Source of the DNA: Collinsella sp. | Lineage (GTDB): Bacteria > Actinomycetota > Coriobacteriia > Coriobacteriales > Coriobacteriaceae | Reading direction: 5' to 3' | DNA: 64,000 nucleotides | NCBI GenBank assembly: GCA_048387515.1 | Contig: DBFMRS010000183.1 | Span: 16,314-80,313 of the forward strand | Shown here: positions 1 through 10,709 of the stretch, in pieces | How the letters are laid out: every line of letters starts with the position of its first letter | Position numbering within the stretch: position 1 is the stretch's first letter | The notes under the pieces: generated by a model | The model's database searches: none | Told to the model about the DNA's origin: nothing | What the model saw: only the letters and a program-made list of their open reading frames with translations | Position numbers and translations under genes: made by a program

Positions 1-1
1 G

Positions 2-1801
2 GCGCGCAAGAATGCCAAAAAGCTGGCGTTTGACCTGGTCGACCTGTATACGCGCCGCTCGTCGATTGCCGGTATCGCCTGTCCGCCCGACACGCCCGAG
101 CAGATCGAGATGGAGGAGAGCTTCCCTTACGACGAGACGCGCGACCAGCTGGAGGCCATCGCCGACATTAAGGCCGACATGGAGGCGCCCAAGCCCATGG
201 ACCGCCTGCTGTGCGGCGACGTGGGTTTCGGCAAGACCGAGGTCGCCCTGCGCGCGGCGTTTAAGTGCGTTGACTCCGGCCGCCAGGTCATGGTGCTCTG
301 TCCCACGACCATTCTGGCCCAGCAGCACTACGAGACGTTCTTTGAGCGATTTGCCCCGTTTGGCCTTGAAGTCGAGGTGCTCAGCCGTTTCCGCACCCCG
401 GCGCAGCAGAAGCGCGCGCTCAAGGCGTTTGCCGAGGGCACGATCGACGTGCTCATCGGCACGCATCGTCTGCTTTCGGCCGATGTGAACCCCAAGAACC
501 TGGGCCTGGTGATCATCGACGAGGAACAGCGCTTTGGCGTGCAGCACAAGGAGCAGCTCAAGAACCTGCGCGAGCAGATTGACGTGCTCACGCTTTCGGC
601 CACGCCGATTCCGCGAACCATGCAGATGGCCACGAGCGGCGTGCGCGACATGAGCCTGATCACCACGCCGCCGACTGGGCGTCGTCCCGTGATCGTGCAC
701 GTGGGGGAGTACGACCCCGATGTGGTGAGCGCGGCGATTCGCCTGGAGGTGGGTCGCGGCGGCCAGGTGTACTACGTGTCCAACCGCGTCAAGACCATCG
801 ACGACGCCGTGGCGCGCGTGCACGAGGCCGCGCCCGAGGCGCGCGTGGGCGTGGCGCACGGCAAGATGAGTCCGCGCGAGGTCGAGGACGTGATGATTGA
901 GTTCGCGACCAAAAAGATCGACGTGCTCATTGCCACGACCATCGTGGAGAGCGGCATCGACAACGCGACCGCCAACACGCTGATCATCGAGGATTCGCAG
1001 CGCCTTGGCCTGGCGCAGCTCTACCAGCTCAAGGGCCGTGTGGGCCGTTCTGCCACGCAGGCCTACGCGTACTTTATGTTCCCGGGCGAGCTGCCGCTCA
1101 CCGAGGAGGCGACGGCGCGCCTGACCGCACTTTCCGAGTTCCAGGACCTGGGCAGCGGCATGCGCATCGCCATGCGCGACCTGGAGATCCGCGGCGCCGG
1201 CTCGCTTATGGGAGCCGAGCAGCACGGCAACCTGTCGAGCGTGGGCTTTGACCTGTTTACGCAGATGCTGGGCCAGGCCGTGGCCGAGGCGCGCGGCGAT
1301 GACGATGCCGGCGTGGAGGCGGCGAGCGTGGGCATTAACCTGCCGGCCGATTACTTCTTGTCCGAGGAGTACCTGCCGGCGGTGGATCAGCGCGTGCTCG
1401 TGTACCGTAAACTCGCAGCGGCCGAGGACCTGGAGAGCATCGATGAGGTGCAGGAGGAGACCGAGGCTGCGCATGGCGAGCTGCCGCTGGCGGGACTCAA
1501 CCTGTTCAATCGCGCACGAATCCGCATTCGCGGCGAGCGTCTGGGGCTCGAGAGCGTCACGCTCAGTGGCGGTCGCATCACGTTTTTGGGCGTCGACGTG
1601 CCCAAGAAGGTGGCCTTTGAGCTTAAGACCCGCTATGGCGCGGTGAACTTTCCCAAGAGCCGCAAGCTGTCGGTACCCTACAAGGCAGGCGCCGGTGCGG
1701 GCAGCGGCCTGGGTCGCGGTCTCGACGCCAACGACGGTACCGGCCCGGTGGCTGCGGCGCTCATGCTGCTGCAGCAGCTGGGTGCCAGCGACGACGACTA
1801 A
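2..1801 (+). CDS. mfd: Transcription-repair coupling factor (5'-truncated by window edge)
   Basis: Frame open from base 2; motifs DRLLCGDVGFGKTEVA, IIDEEQRFGV, LYQLKGRVGRS, RDLEIRGAG and a C-terminal TRCF region. Confidence 0.97.
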   Translation, partial: ARKNAKKLAFDLVDLYTRRSSIAGIACPPDTPEQIEMEESFPYDETRDQLEAIADIKADMEAPKPMDRLLCGDVGFGKTEVALRAAFKCVDSGRQVMVLCPTTILAQQHYETFFERFAPFGLEVEVLSRFRTPAQQKRALKAFAEGTIDVLIGTHRLLSADVNPKNLGLVIIDEEQRFGVQHKEQLKNLREQIDVLTLSATPIPRTMQMATSGVRDMSLITTPPTGRRPVIVHVGEYDPDVVSAAIRLEVGRGGQVYYVSNRVKTIDDAVARVHEAAPEARVGVAHGKMSPREVEDVMIEFATKKIDVLIATTIVESGIDNATANTLIIEDSQRLGLAQLYQLKGRVGRSATQAYAYFMFPGELPLTEEATARLTALSEFQDLGSGMRIAMRDLEIRGAGSLMGAEQHGNLSSVGFDLFTQMLGQAVAEARGDDDAGVEAASVGINLPADYFLSEEYLPAVDQRVLVYRKLAAAEDLESIDEVQEETEAAHGELPLAGLNLFNRARIRIRGERLGLESVTLSGGRITFLGVDVPKKVAFELKTRYGAVNFPKSRKLSVPYKAGAGAGSGLGRGLDANDGTGPVAAALMLLQQLGASDDD

Positions 1802-1881
1802 CAAGTAGGAGGCGTGGCGGGACGAAGTCATCTTTGTCCCGCCACGTTGCAGGTTGATTCCAGCCCCATCGAAAGGAAAGC

Positions 1882-2745
1882 ATGTTCGGATACATCTACA
1901 AGAAAGATGTCGCCATGATCGCGGTTGTCCTGTGTCTTTGTCTGGGCGTGGGCAGTTTCTTCGATTATCAGATCTCGAGCGCGCTGTTCAATATCGGCAG
2001 CATGTACGGTCGCTTTATCGAGGCCGCCGGCGAGCTGCCGTTCGAGCTGACGGCAAGCGTCGCAGGCGTCATGCTCGTGCGCGCGGTGCGTCCCGATTCC
2101 GGGGGGAGCAAATGGCTCGCCGTGCTCGGCATCCTCGTCAACGTTGGCCTGGCCGGCTACGAGATCGTCTCGTCCCTGAAGGTTGGCGGCAAACTCATCG
2201 CGGTTCAGTTGGTACTGACGTTTGTGCTGGTCATCGCTGCCAACCTTATTGTCTATCGCCTCACGCGCGCGACCGAGCCTGACGAGCTCACACGCTGGGC
2301 GCTGATGGTACTTGCCGTGTGGGTCGCTCAAGCCATTATCCTCAACGTGATCGTCAAGCCGCTGTGGTCGCGTCCGCGCATGCGCGTGATCGAGGTCACG
2401 CCGGGGCTCATTTTTCAGCCGTGGTGGGTAATCGGCAATCCCGACAAGTGGACCTATATCGCCGCCGGCGTGATCAAGGACGGGTTCAAGTCGTTCGCGA
2501 GCGGGCACACCGCGCATGCGGCGATTGGCCTTATGCTCGCCGGGCTTCCCGCGGCAGCCTTTAAGGAAAAGCCTTCGCGTCGCCGTGTGATCTTTTGGGC
2601 GGCGGCTGTGGTCGCGGCGCTCGTCGCGTTTGGCCGCATCGTGATCGGAGCGCACTTTTTGAGTGACGTGAGCTGCGGTTTTGCTCTGGTACTGGCACTT
2701 GAGTGCCTTGCCGCGCGCATTGCCTATCCCAGCGGCGTACAATAG
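1882..2745 (+). CDS. PAP2-family membrane phosphatase
   Basis: KPLWSRPR, SFASGH and RIVIGAHFLSDV motifs; multiple TM segments; SD gaaagga. Confidence 0.88.
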   Translation: MFGYIYKKDVAMIAVVLCLCLGVGSFFDYQISSALFNIGSMYGRFIEAAGELPFELTASVAGVMLVRAVRPDSGGSKWLAVLGILVNVGLAGYEIVSSLKVGGKLIAVQLVLTFVLVIAANLIVYRLTRATEPDELTRWALMVLAVWVAQAIILNVIVKPLWSRPRMRVIEVTPGLIFQPWWVIGNPDKWTYIAAGVIKDGFKSFASGHTAHAAIGLMLAGLPAAAFKEKPSRRRVIFWAAAVVAALVAFGRIVIGAHFLSDVSCGFALVLALECLAARIAYPSGVQ

Positions 2746-2790
2746 CTCCGTTTGAATCATCGGGCCCGTGCCCGGCTAGAGAGGATTGCC

Positions 2791-3816
2791 ATGCTCGCGT
2801 TCAACAACGACTATTCCCACGGCGCACATCCGGCAGTGCTGCAGGCGCTCGTCGATACCAACATGGAGCCGCAGCCCGGCTACGGTACCGATGCGCACAC
2901 CGAGCGTGCCAGGCAGCTTATCCGCGAGGCCTGTCAGGCCCCCGATGCCGACGTGTTTTTACTGGTGGGCGGCACGCAGACCAACGCGACGGTGATTGAC
3001 ATGCTGCTTGCGCCCTACGAGGGCGTCGTTGCTGCCGAGACTGGCCACGTCGCCTGCCACGAGGCGGGCGCCATCGAGTTTGGCGGCCACAAGGTGCTCA
3101 CCATCCCCGGCTACGAGGGCAAGATGCACGCCGAGGACCTCGAGAACTATATCCAGGTGTTCTACGAAAACGAGAGCTACGAGCACACGGTGTTCCCGGG
3201 CGCCGTGTACGTGAGCCAATCGACTGAGTACGGCACGCTGTACTCCAAGGCCGAGCTCGCGGCGATTCATGCGGTGTGCCAGAAGCGCGAGATTCCGCTG
3301 TTTGTGGACGGTGCTCGTCTGGCCTATGCGCTGGCGTCCGATGAGTGCGACATTACCCTGCCCGAGCTGGCGCAGCTGTGCGACGTGTTCTACATCGGCG
3401 GCACCAAGTGCGGCGCGCTCTGCGGCGAGGCCGTGGTGTTTTGCGGCATGCACGCTCCGGCGCATCCCATTCCGCGCATTAAGCAGCACGGCGCACTGCT
3501 TGCCAAGGGCCGCCTGACGGGCGTCCAGTTTGAGGCGCTCTTTACCGATGGCCTGTATTTTGAGATTGGTCGACAGGCGATTGAGACGGCCCGGGCGCTA
3601 CGTCGCGTGCTGCACGAGCGCGGTTACCGGTTCTTTTTGGAGACGCCCACGAACCAGCAGTTTGTGATTCTGCCCAACGAGGACATGGCTCGCATTCGCG
3701 AGCATGCCTCGATCGAGTACTGGGAAAAGTACGACGAGACCCACACGGTGGTGCGCTTTTGCACCAGCTGGGCCACGACACAGGAGGACATCGACGCGCT
3801 GGCGGCTGTCCTGTAG
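2791..3816 (+). CDS. ltaE: Low-specificity L-threonine aldolase (PLP-dependent)
   Basis: FNNDYSHGAHP, GGTQTN, HEAGAIE, DGARL, GGTKCG, RFCTSWAT; ATG 2791 after gagagga. Confidence 0.9.
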   Translation: MLAFNNDYSHGAHPAVLQALVDTNMEPQPGYGTDAHTERARQLIREACQAPDADVFLLVGGTQTNATVIDMLLAPYEGVVAAETGHVACHEAGAIEFGGHKVLTIPGYEGKMHAEDLENYIQVFYENESYEHTVFPGAVYVSQSTEYGTLYSKAELAAIHAVCQKREIPLFVDGARLAYALASDECDITLPELAQLCDVFYIGGTKCGALCGEAVVFCGMHAPAHPIPRIKQHGALLAKGRLTGVQFEALFTDGLYFEIGRQAIETARALRRVLHERGYRFFLETPTNQQFVILPNEDMARIREHASIEYWEKYDETHTVVRFCTSWATTQEDIDALAAVL

Positions 3817-3893
3817 CCTGATGTAATGACGAGGGGCCGCCTTGCGCCGGGTTTGGCGCAGGGTGGCCTTTGCTTTTGGGGGAGAAGGGTTGT

Positions 3894-4484
3894 ATGACCG
3901 AGATGTCCGAGCCGACGATTCGCCTGGCGACGCCCGAAGACGCGCCGGCGTTGCTTGCCATCTATGAGCCGTATGTGCGCCAGACGGCGATTACCTGCGA
4001 ATACGAGGTGCCGAGCGTTGAGGAGTTCGCCGGGCGTATCGAGCGCACGCTCAAGCGCTATCCGTATCTGGTGATGGAGCTGGACGGGCGTCCGGTAGGC
4101 TATGCCTATGTGAGTCCGCTCAACAGCCGCGAGGCATACGACTGGTCGGTCGAGACATCGATCTACCTGGCGCGCGACGTGCGCCACGGCGGGCTGGGCC
4201 GCAAGCTGCACGATGCGCTCAAGCAATGTCTGATCGCGATGGGCATCACCAACATGTGCGCGCTCATCGCCGTGCCGCACGACAAGGACGACGAGTACCT
4301 GACGCACAACAGCCAGGACTTCCATGCCCATATGGGGTATCGCCTGGTGGGTGCCTTCGACCGCTGCGCCCAAAAGTTCGGTCGCTGGTACGACATGTGT
4401 TGGATGGAGCTGGTCCTGGCCGAGCGCACGCCCAACCAACCCAAACCAACCTGGTTCCCCGACCTCCCCAAACCTACCATTTAG
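3894..4484 (+). CDS. GNAT N-acetyltransferase (YncA/phosphinothricin acetyltransferase-like)
   Basis: IRLATPEDA, AYDWSVETSIY, FH..MGY, KFGRWYD. Confidence 0.88.
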   Translation: MTEMSEPTIRLATPEDAPALLAIYEPYVRQTAITCEYEVPSVEEFAGRIERTLKRYPYLVMELDGRPVGYAYVSPLNSREAYDWSVETSIYLARDVRHGGLGRKLHDALKQCLIAMGITNMCALIAVPHDKDDEYLTHNSQDFHAHMGYRLVGAFDRCAQKFGRWYDMCWMELVLAERTPNQPKPTWFPDLPKPTI

Positions 4485-4491
4485 GGACAGG

Positions 4492-5214
4492 TTAGCCGAT
4501 GGGCTCGGTGTATTTGGCGCGGTCGGTGCGCTGGATGCGCTTGGAGACATGGAGCGGGCGGCCGTCGGTGTCGTAGACGTAGTCGGTGATCAGGATCAGC
4601 GCCTGCCCGCGCTCGACGTTGAGCAAAAACGCCTCGTTTTGCGAGGCATAGCACACCTCAAAGGTCTTATGTCCCTGTGCCGGCGCGCGATGGAATTCTT
4701 GGCGCAGCGTGGCGTAGAGTGAACCGTTGATATCGCGATCGATGAGCGCCTCAAAGCTTGGCGGCAGATAGGTGGTCTCCAGGCACAACGGCGCATCGTC
4801 CAGATAACGCAGGCGGACAAGTTTGACGAGCTTGCTGCCCACGGCGGCATCAAAGAACTTAGCTATGCTGCCGCCCGCCTTGGTAAAGCCCGAGTCCACC
4901 GTGCGCGTGGTGGGCTTCATGCCCTGACCCTGGACCTGCGCCGTATAGCTCGAAAACACCAGGTTGTTCTCGTGGAGCGCCGGCGTGTCGGCCACAAAGG
5001 CGCCGCGCCCGCGCTCGGTTCGAACCAGACCCTCATCGACGAGCACCTTAAGAGCATGGCGCACGGTGCTGCGCGACAGCCCCGATTCGTCCATGAGTTC
5101 CATCTCGGACGGCAGCTTGTCTCCGCGTGCGTAGATGCCGGCGGCGATGCGGTCACGCAGCGTACCCGCCAAGCGCTCGTATTGGGCCAGTTTCTTCTTA
5201 GACGAAGCGTTCAT
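4492..5214 (-). CDS. GntR/HutC-family (UTRA) regulator #1
   Basis: KLPSEMEL..SRSTVRHAL..GRGAFV HTH plus UTRA domain; divergent from SIS gene #1. Confidence 0.93.
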   Translation of the reverse strand: MNASSKKKLAQYERLAGTLRDRIAAGIYARGDKLPSEMELMDESGLSRSTVRHALKVLVDEGLVRTERGRGAFVADTPALHENNLVFSSYTAQVQGQGMKPTTRTVDSGFTKAGGSIAKFFDAAVGSKLVKLVRLRYLDDAPLCLETTYLPPSFEALIDRDINGSLYATLRQEFHRAPAQGHKTFEVCYASQNEAFLLNVERGQALILITDYVYDTDGRPLHVSKRIQRTDRAKYTEPIG

Positions 5215-5220
5215 GCGATC

Positions 5221-5380
5221 AACCTGTATCTAACTTGTATGTGAATCTAATTAAGCATGTATCCAATACAACAACAAAACCGCTGGTAGCAAATTATCAA
5301 AAACCGCATCAGTAATATTTCTATGACAAATATAGCATACAACTAGTCGACATAACCAAAACATGTATGTAACTTGTATG
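5221..5380. promoter_or_regulatory. AT-rich divergent promoter with repeated TGTAT-x-TAACTTGTATG operator-like boxes
   Basis: aacctgtatctaacttgtatg (5221-5241), acatgtatgtaacttgtatg (5361-5380), inverted catacaac at 5336. Confidence 0.6.
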
Positions 5381-5419
5381 CCATCGAGAGCATCAAACGA
5401 GAAGAAAGGCTGATGCACG

Positions 5420-6412
5420 ATGACTACTCAGGAACAGGTTAAGGATGTCGTCTCCCAGGTTTTGGCTGACAAGGCAGACAAGGGCGGCATCAAGCGCGTC
5501 GTGTGGATTGGCGCCGGCGGATCCAACGGCGGCAACTATCCTGCCCAGTACTTTATGGAGCACGAGGCCACGCAGGTCGTGAGCTCCAGCTACACCAGCA
5601 ACGAGTTCGTGCACGCAACCCCTGCTTACGTCAACGAGAACACCCTGGCCGTCGTCGTGTCCATGCGCGGCACCAAGGAGACCATCGTCGCCGCCCAGGT
5701 CGCCAAGGACCACGGCGCCAGCACCATCGCAATCTATGTTGACGAGTCCGGCCTCACCGAGGTCTGCGACTACAAGATCCAGTACGACAGCCTGGCCGTC
5801 GACGAGTCCTGCATGGGCCGCACCAACTCTGCCGTCGTGACCATGATCGCCATGGAGCTTACGCAGCAGACCGAGGGCTATGCCGAGTACGAGACCGCTA
5901 TGGCCGCGTTCGACTTGGTCGACCCCATCTATCGCAAGGCCGTCGAGTACACCCGTCCGCTCGCTGCTAAGTGGGCCGAGCAGAACGCCGACAAGCCCTG
6001 CATCAACGTCATGGCTCAGGGTCCGCTCTTTGGTGCCGCCTACGTCTTTAGCATCTGCAACGTGCAGGAGATGCTGCAGATCGACTCCTGCACCATCAAC
6101 ACCTGCGACTTCTTCCACGGTCCTTTCGAGATCCTGGACAAGCGCACCTCGCTGTTCCAGCTCATCAGCGTCGGTCGCAGCCGCTGCAACGACGAGCGCG
6201 GCATCCGCTTCGTCAACCAGTACGGTGGCGAGCGCGTCTATCAGCTCGACGCCAAGGAGCTCGGCCTCAACGACATCAAGGACAGCGTGAGCGAGTACTT
6301 CAACCACCTGATCTTTGCCCCGATCCTCAACAACGTGTACATGCGTGCACTCTCTGCAGCCACCCACAAGGACTACATGACGCGCCGCTACATGTGGAAG
6401 CTCGACTACTAG
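5420..6412 (+). CDS. SIS-domain fructosamine-6-phosphate deglycase (FrlB-like) #1
   Basis: GAGGS, S..GTKET, EMLQI, FFHGPFEI, RRYMWKLDY. Confidence 0.88.
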   Translation: MTTQEQVKDVVSQVLADKADKGGIKRVVWIGAGGSNGGNYPAQYFMEHEATQVVSSSYTSNEFVHATPAYVNENTLAVVVSMRGTKETIVAAQVAKDHGASTIAIYVDESGLTEVCDYKIQYDSLAVDESCMGRTNSAVVTMIAMELTQQTEGYAEYETAMAAFDLVDPIYRKAVEYTRPLAAKWAEQNADKPCINVMAQGPLFGAAYVFSICNVQEMLQIDSCTINTCDFFHGPFEILDKRTSLFQLISVGRSRCNDERGIRFVNQYGGERVYQLDAKELGLNDIKDSVSEYFNHLIFAPILNNVYMRALSAATHKDYMTRRYMWKLDY

Positions 6413-6448
6413 GGGATAGAGCGGCCTAACAGCTCGATGTCCTCATAA

Positions 6449-6513
6449 GTTGCGGTGGAATAGTTCCTGTTTGGGGGCTTGAAGCCTCTATTTGGGAACT
6501 AGTCCACCGCAAC
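6449..6513 (+). terminator. Long hairpin after SIS gene #1 (terminator or stabiliser)
   Basis: gttgcggtgga..tagttcc / ggaacta..tccaccgcaac inverted repeat. Confidence 0.55.
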
Positions 6514-6643
6514 CGCCAAGTAATCCGCTGAGGACGGAGGAAAACGGATCACTTTCCCGCTCGCCGATTTGTGTCTTGAAAAATGTATATAACGACTATA
6601 ACGTAGTGTGAAACATATTGGAAACAATATCGAGGAGGCTGCG

Positions 6644-7726
6644 TTGAAGAAAAGCAATCTGGGCTATGTGCTGGTACTGATCGCCGCGCTTATGTGGGGC
6701 AGCATCGGAATCTTTGTAAACGGCATCTCGGCCATGGGCGTTTCGTCCCAGAGCATGGCTGCCTTTCGCTTGTTGGTCGGAGCGCTTATCTTGGCGCCGG
6801 TCCTGATGTTTATGGGCTGCCGTCCGGGTGAGGGGTCTACCGTGGCTCAGGGCCCGCTGGCCCTGTTCAAGGCAAGCCCTAAAGAGCTTGTTCCCTGCGC
6901 GCTTGTCGGTATCGTCGGTCTGGCCGCCGCCAACACCTGCTATTACGAGTGCATGGGCGAGGTGGGCATGTCCACGGCCTCGGTGCTGCTCTACACCTCG
7001 CCGGTGTTTGGCGTCATGCTCGGCCGCGTGCTTTATCGCGAGGACGTGACCCCCAACAAGCTCGTTGCCATTGTCTTTAACATCGTTGGCTGCGTGCTTG
7101 CGGTGACCAATGGCGACCTTTCCGGTTTTCATTTTTCGGTTTGGGGCGTCACGTCGGGCGTGATTGCAGGCTTTTGCGGTGCGTTGCTCGCGGTGTTTAG
7201 CCGAATAGCAACCAAGACGGTCCACCCGCTGGCTGTCACGTTTTGGGGCTTTGTTTTTGGCGGTGCGGTTATGGCGGCTATCGCGGCTCCGTGGCCGGAT
7301 GTCGCCGCGGCAATGTCGCCACAGCTGCTGCTGCTGTTCCTTGGCTTTGGACTTATCCCCACGGCCGTGGCTTATATCTTATATATGCAGGGTCTATCCA
7401 TGGGGCTCGAGACGTCGAAAGTTCCCGTCGTAATGTCATTCGAGACGGTCGTCACCGTACTGGTGGGCATTGGTGTCTATGCCGAGCCCGCCGGCGCGAT
7501 CAAAGTCCTGGGCATCGTGCTGGTGCTCGCGTCCATCCTGATTATGAACACCGACTTCTCCAAGCTGCGCAACAGTGTGTTTGTCGGTCATGTCATTGAG
7601 AGCATGACCTTTAAGCCCAATGCGTGGTGGACCGAAAAATCGCAGGACATGGATCTGTTTAAGGAGCGCACCGGCATCGCGCTGGAGCCCACCGTGCAGG
7701 AAAGCCCCTGGTACTTCGTGCGATAA
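6644..7726 (+). CDS. DMT/EamA-family transporter with hydrophilic C-terminal tail
   Basis: About 10 TM segments, two EamA repeats; TTG start after gaggagg (alternative GTG 6608). Confidence 0.85.
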   Translation: MKKSNLGYVLVLIAALMWGSIGIFVNGISAMGVSSQSMAAFRLLVGALILAPVLMFMGCRPGEGSTVAQGPLALFKASPKELVPCALVGIVGLAAANTCYYECMGEVGMSTASVLLYTSPVFGVMLGRVLYREDVTPNKLVAIVFNIVGCVLAVTNGDLSGFHFSVWGVTSGVIAGFCGALLAVFSRIATKTVHPLAVTFWGFVFGGAVMAAIAAPWPDVAAAMSPQLLLLFLGFGLIPTAVAYILYMQGLSMGLETSKVPVVMSFETVVTVLVGIGVYAEPAGAIKVLGIVLVLASILIMNTDFSKLRNSVFVGHVIESMTFKPNAWWTEKSQDMDLFKERTGIALEPTVQESPWYFVR

Positions 7727-7908
7727 GGGATTGGCGCGGCGTCTGATCGGGCACCGCCTGGCCAGCGCCGGCCTTCCCTGCGCCAACGTTACGAGTACGT
7801 TAAACCCGTCAACGGTCGTTTTTCACCCGCGAACGGTCTTTATACTAATTAGCAATATCCGCAACGTATAAGACGTTATAATGACCATAACGAAAAGGAG
7901 GAGGCAAG

Positions 7909-8832
7909 ATGAATCAGATCATTCTCGCATCTCATGGCGGCCTGGCCGCAGGCGCCAAAGACACGCTCGAGATGGTTCTCGGCGACGTGTCGAACGTCCA
8001 CGTCGTGTCGCTTGCTCGTGACGACAAGGAGCCCATCACCAATAAGGTGGACGCCATGATCGCCACGTTCAACGCGGACGACACCGTCTATGTGCTGACC
8101 GATATGCTCGGCAGCTCGGTCAACAACAGCATGGTCGAGCTTTCCAAGAACGGCACGAAGTTCACGGTTGTCAGCGGTTTCAACATCCCGCTGGCGCTCA
8201 CGCTCGCTATGAGCCCCGTCCCCGTCAAGGGTGCCGAGCTCGCAGCCCTCATCAACGAGGCCCGCACCGGTCTGACCAACCCCAACGCACCGGTCGAGGC
8301 TGCCGCGGCTCCCGCCAAGAAGGCCAAGGCGTCCCGTCACAGCTCCGGTCCCGCCAAGATCGTCCTCGCACGTCTTGACTACCGTCTGCTGCACGGCCAG
8401 GTCGTCTTTACCTGGACCACCAAGGTTCAGGCCGAGCGCATCATCGTCGTCGACAACGCCGCCGCCAACGATGACATCAAGAAGGGCGCTCTTAAGCTGG
8501 CCAAGCCCCAGGGCGTGCGCCTGAACGTCTTCACCGTCGAGCGTGCCCTCGCCAAGATGGACAAGCTCAACACCCTCGGGGAGCGCGTCATGTTCGTCTT
8601 TGGCAACACGGCCGAGATGCTGCAGTTCTGCCAGGGCTACAAGCTCGACGCCATCAACCTGGGCGCCACCGCCAACCACGACGGTGCCGATCAGATTGGC
8701 GGCAAGGACAGCTCCGTCTTCCTCGACGCCACCCAGAAGGCCGACGTCAACCAGCTGCTCGACATGGGCATCAAGCTCTACGTCCAGCAGACCCCTACGT
8801 ATCAGAGCGTCGACATCGACGCCAAGCTGTAA
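7909..8832 (+). CDS. PTS mannose/fructose/sorbose family fused EIIAB
   Basis: ILASHGGLA (EIIA His), Ala/Lys linker, RLDYRLLHGQV (EIIB His). Confidence 0.93.
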   Translation: MNQIILASHGGLAAGAKDTLEMVLGDVSNVHVVSLARDDKEPITNKVDAMIATFNADDTVYVLTDMLGSSVNNSMVELSKNGTKFTVVSGFNIPLALTLAMSPVPVKGAELAALINEARTGLTNPNAPVEAAAAPAKKAKASRHSSGPAKIVLARLDYRLLHGQVVFTWTTKVQAERIIVVDNAAANDDIKKGALKLAKPQGVRLNVFTVERALAKMDKLNTLGERVMFVFGNTAEMLQFCQGYKLDAINLGATANHDGADQIGGKDSSVFLDATQKADVNQLLDMGIKLYVQQTPTYQSVDIDAKL

Positions 8833-8868
8833 TCAACCAGGCTTTTGCCTGACTGAAAGGAGAAGGGT

Positions 8869-9663
8869 ATGAATACGTTCATCAGTGCGGTGCTCGTCGG
8901 CCTCGTCGGCGTGTTCTGCATGTGGGACTCCCGCCTGCTCGGTCGTCTTAACTTCGAGCAGCCCCTCGTTGGCGCTACGCTCGTCGGTCTGCTGCTGGGC
9001 GATGTACCCACCGGCCTTGCCGTCGGTGCCGCCGTCGAGCTCGTGTCCATGGGCCTGGTGCAGGTCGGCGCCGCCGTTCCGCCCGATATGGTCCTGGGCG
9101 GCATCGTGGCCGCTGCCTTTGCGTGCCTGACCGATGCTTCCGCCGAGACCGCCATGACGATCGCCATCCCGGTCGCCGTCCTGGGTCAGCTCCTCGGCAT
9201 CGTGTTCCGTTCCATCATCGCCGCCCTCACCCATGTGGCAGATAGCGCGATCGATAACGGAAAGTTCAAGACCGCTTACCGTATGCACATCTGCGCCGGC
9301 TCCGGTCTGTACGCCGTCATGTACTTCCTGCCGATCTTCCTCGCCGTCTTTGTTGGCACCGACTTGGTTCAGGCCATCGTCAACATGGTTCCCGAGTGGC
9401 TGTCCACTGGTCTTAACGTTTCGACCAAGATCATGACCGCCTACGGCTTGGCCCTGCTGCTCACCATGATGATCAAGAAGGGTATGACTCCGTTCCTGTT
9501 CATCGGTTTCCTGCTCGCCGCTTACCTCAACCTGTCCGTCATCGCGGTCGCTCTGATCGGTGTGTGCCTGGCTGTCGTCTTCATGGGCTTCAAGTTCAAC
9601 GGTTCCCATGCAGCCGCCGGTGTCGATTCCGACTACGATCCGCTCGAAGACGACGAAGACTAA
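8869..9663 (+). CDS. PTS mannose-family EIIC
   Basis: QPLVGATLVGLLLGD..GL.VGA..EL, GAAVPPD. Confidence 0.93.
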   Translation: MNTFISAVLVGLVGVFCMWDSRLLGRLNFEQPLVGATLVGLLLGDVPTGLAVGAAVELVSMGLVQVGAAVPPDMVLGGIVAAAFACLTDASAETAMTIAIPVAVLGQLLGIVFRSIIAALTHVADSAIDNGKFKTAYRMHICAGSGLYAVMYFLPIFLAVFVGTDLVQAIVNMVPEWLSTGLNVSTKIMTAYGLALLLTMMIKKGMTPFLFIGFLLAAYLNLSVIAVALIGVCLAVVFMGFKFNGSHAAAGVDSDYDPLEDDED

Positions 9664-9676
9664 GGAGGAACACACT

Positions 9677-10510
9677 ATGGCAACCGCAACCAAGGACGTG
9701 TCCCTGAACAAGAAGGTCAGCCAGTTCTTCTGGCGCTCCTGGGCCATCCAGGCCTCTTGGAACTACGAGCGTCAGATGAACATGGGCTTCCTCTACGGCA
9801 TGGTTCCCACGCTCGACCGCCTCTATCCGGATGAGTCCGACCCCAAGCAGCTCGCTGCTAAGAAAGAGGCCTACCACCGTCACATGGCGTTCTACAACTG
9901 CACCCCGCAGACGAGCGCCTTCATCCTGGGCCTCTCCGCTTCCATGGAGGAGGAGTACGCCAAGGATCCCGAGAACTTCGACCCCGATTCGATCAACGCG
10001 GTCAAGACCTCCCTCATGGGCCCGCTTTCCGGTATCGGTGACTCCTTCTTCCAGGGCACCATCCGCGTCATCGCCTTTGGTCTGGGCGTTCAGCTGGCTC
10101 AGCAGGGCTCCATCATGGGCCCGATCCTGGCCATGCTCATCTCCATCGTCCCCTCCGTGCTGATCACTTGGTTCGCTGCCAAGATGGGTTATCAGGGCGG
10201 CCACCAGTACCTGAGCAAGCTCCAGGGCGGCGACCTCATGGAGAAGCTCATGTATGTCTGCGGCATCGTGGGTCTTATGTCCGTGGGCGGCATGATCGCC
10301 ACGCTGATCGGCGCCACCACCCCGCTGCAGTTCGCTGACGGCACCGTCGTTATCCAGGACATCCTGGACGGCATGATGCCTCAGATGATCTCCCTCGGCC
10401 TCACTGGCCTTATGTATGCGCTCATCAAGAAGAACGTCAACACCGGTTGGCTTCTCGTGATCGCCATCGTGGGCGGCATCGCCCTCTCCGCGGCCGGCAT
10501 CCTGGCCTAG
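9677..10510 (+). CDS. PTS mannose-family EIID
   Basis: SWNYERQMNMGF, FYNCTP, KTSLMGPLSGIGDS; ATG 9677 after aaggagg. Confidence 0.93.
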   Translation: MATATKDVSLNKKVSQFFWRSWAIQASWNYERQMNMGFLYGMVPTLDRLYPDESDPKQLAAKKEAYHRHMAFYNCTPQTSAFILGLSASMEEEYAKDPENFDPDSINAVKTSLMGPLSGIGDSFFQGTIRVIAFGLGVQLAQQGSIMGPILAMLISIVPSVLITWFAAKMGYQGGHQYLSKLQGGDLMEKLMYVCGIVGLMSVGGMIATLIGATTPLQFADGTVVIQDILDGMMPQMISLGLTGLMYALIKKNVNTGWLLVIAIVGGIALSAAGILA

Positions 10511-10709
10511 TCGCGATCGAGCGTCTAATCGCTTTCCCCCGGGGGCCTGCCTGGCATCCCATACCCCAGGCAGGTTCCCATCCCCAAACGTGACAAAGGG
10601 ACCGTCCCTTATGTCACATCCTCGACGGGCTGGCGACTCGGCCCAAATCACGGTAACCCTGCGAGCGTCCGGCAATGTGGCGCCGCAAAAATCGAAAGGA
10701 ATGTGTCAG

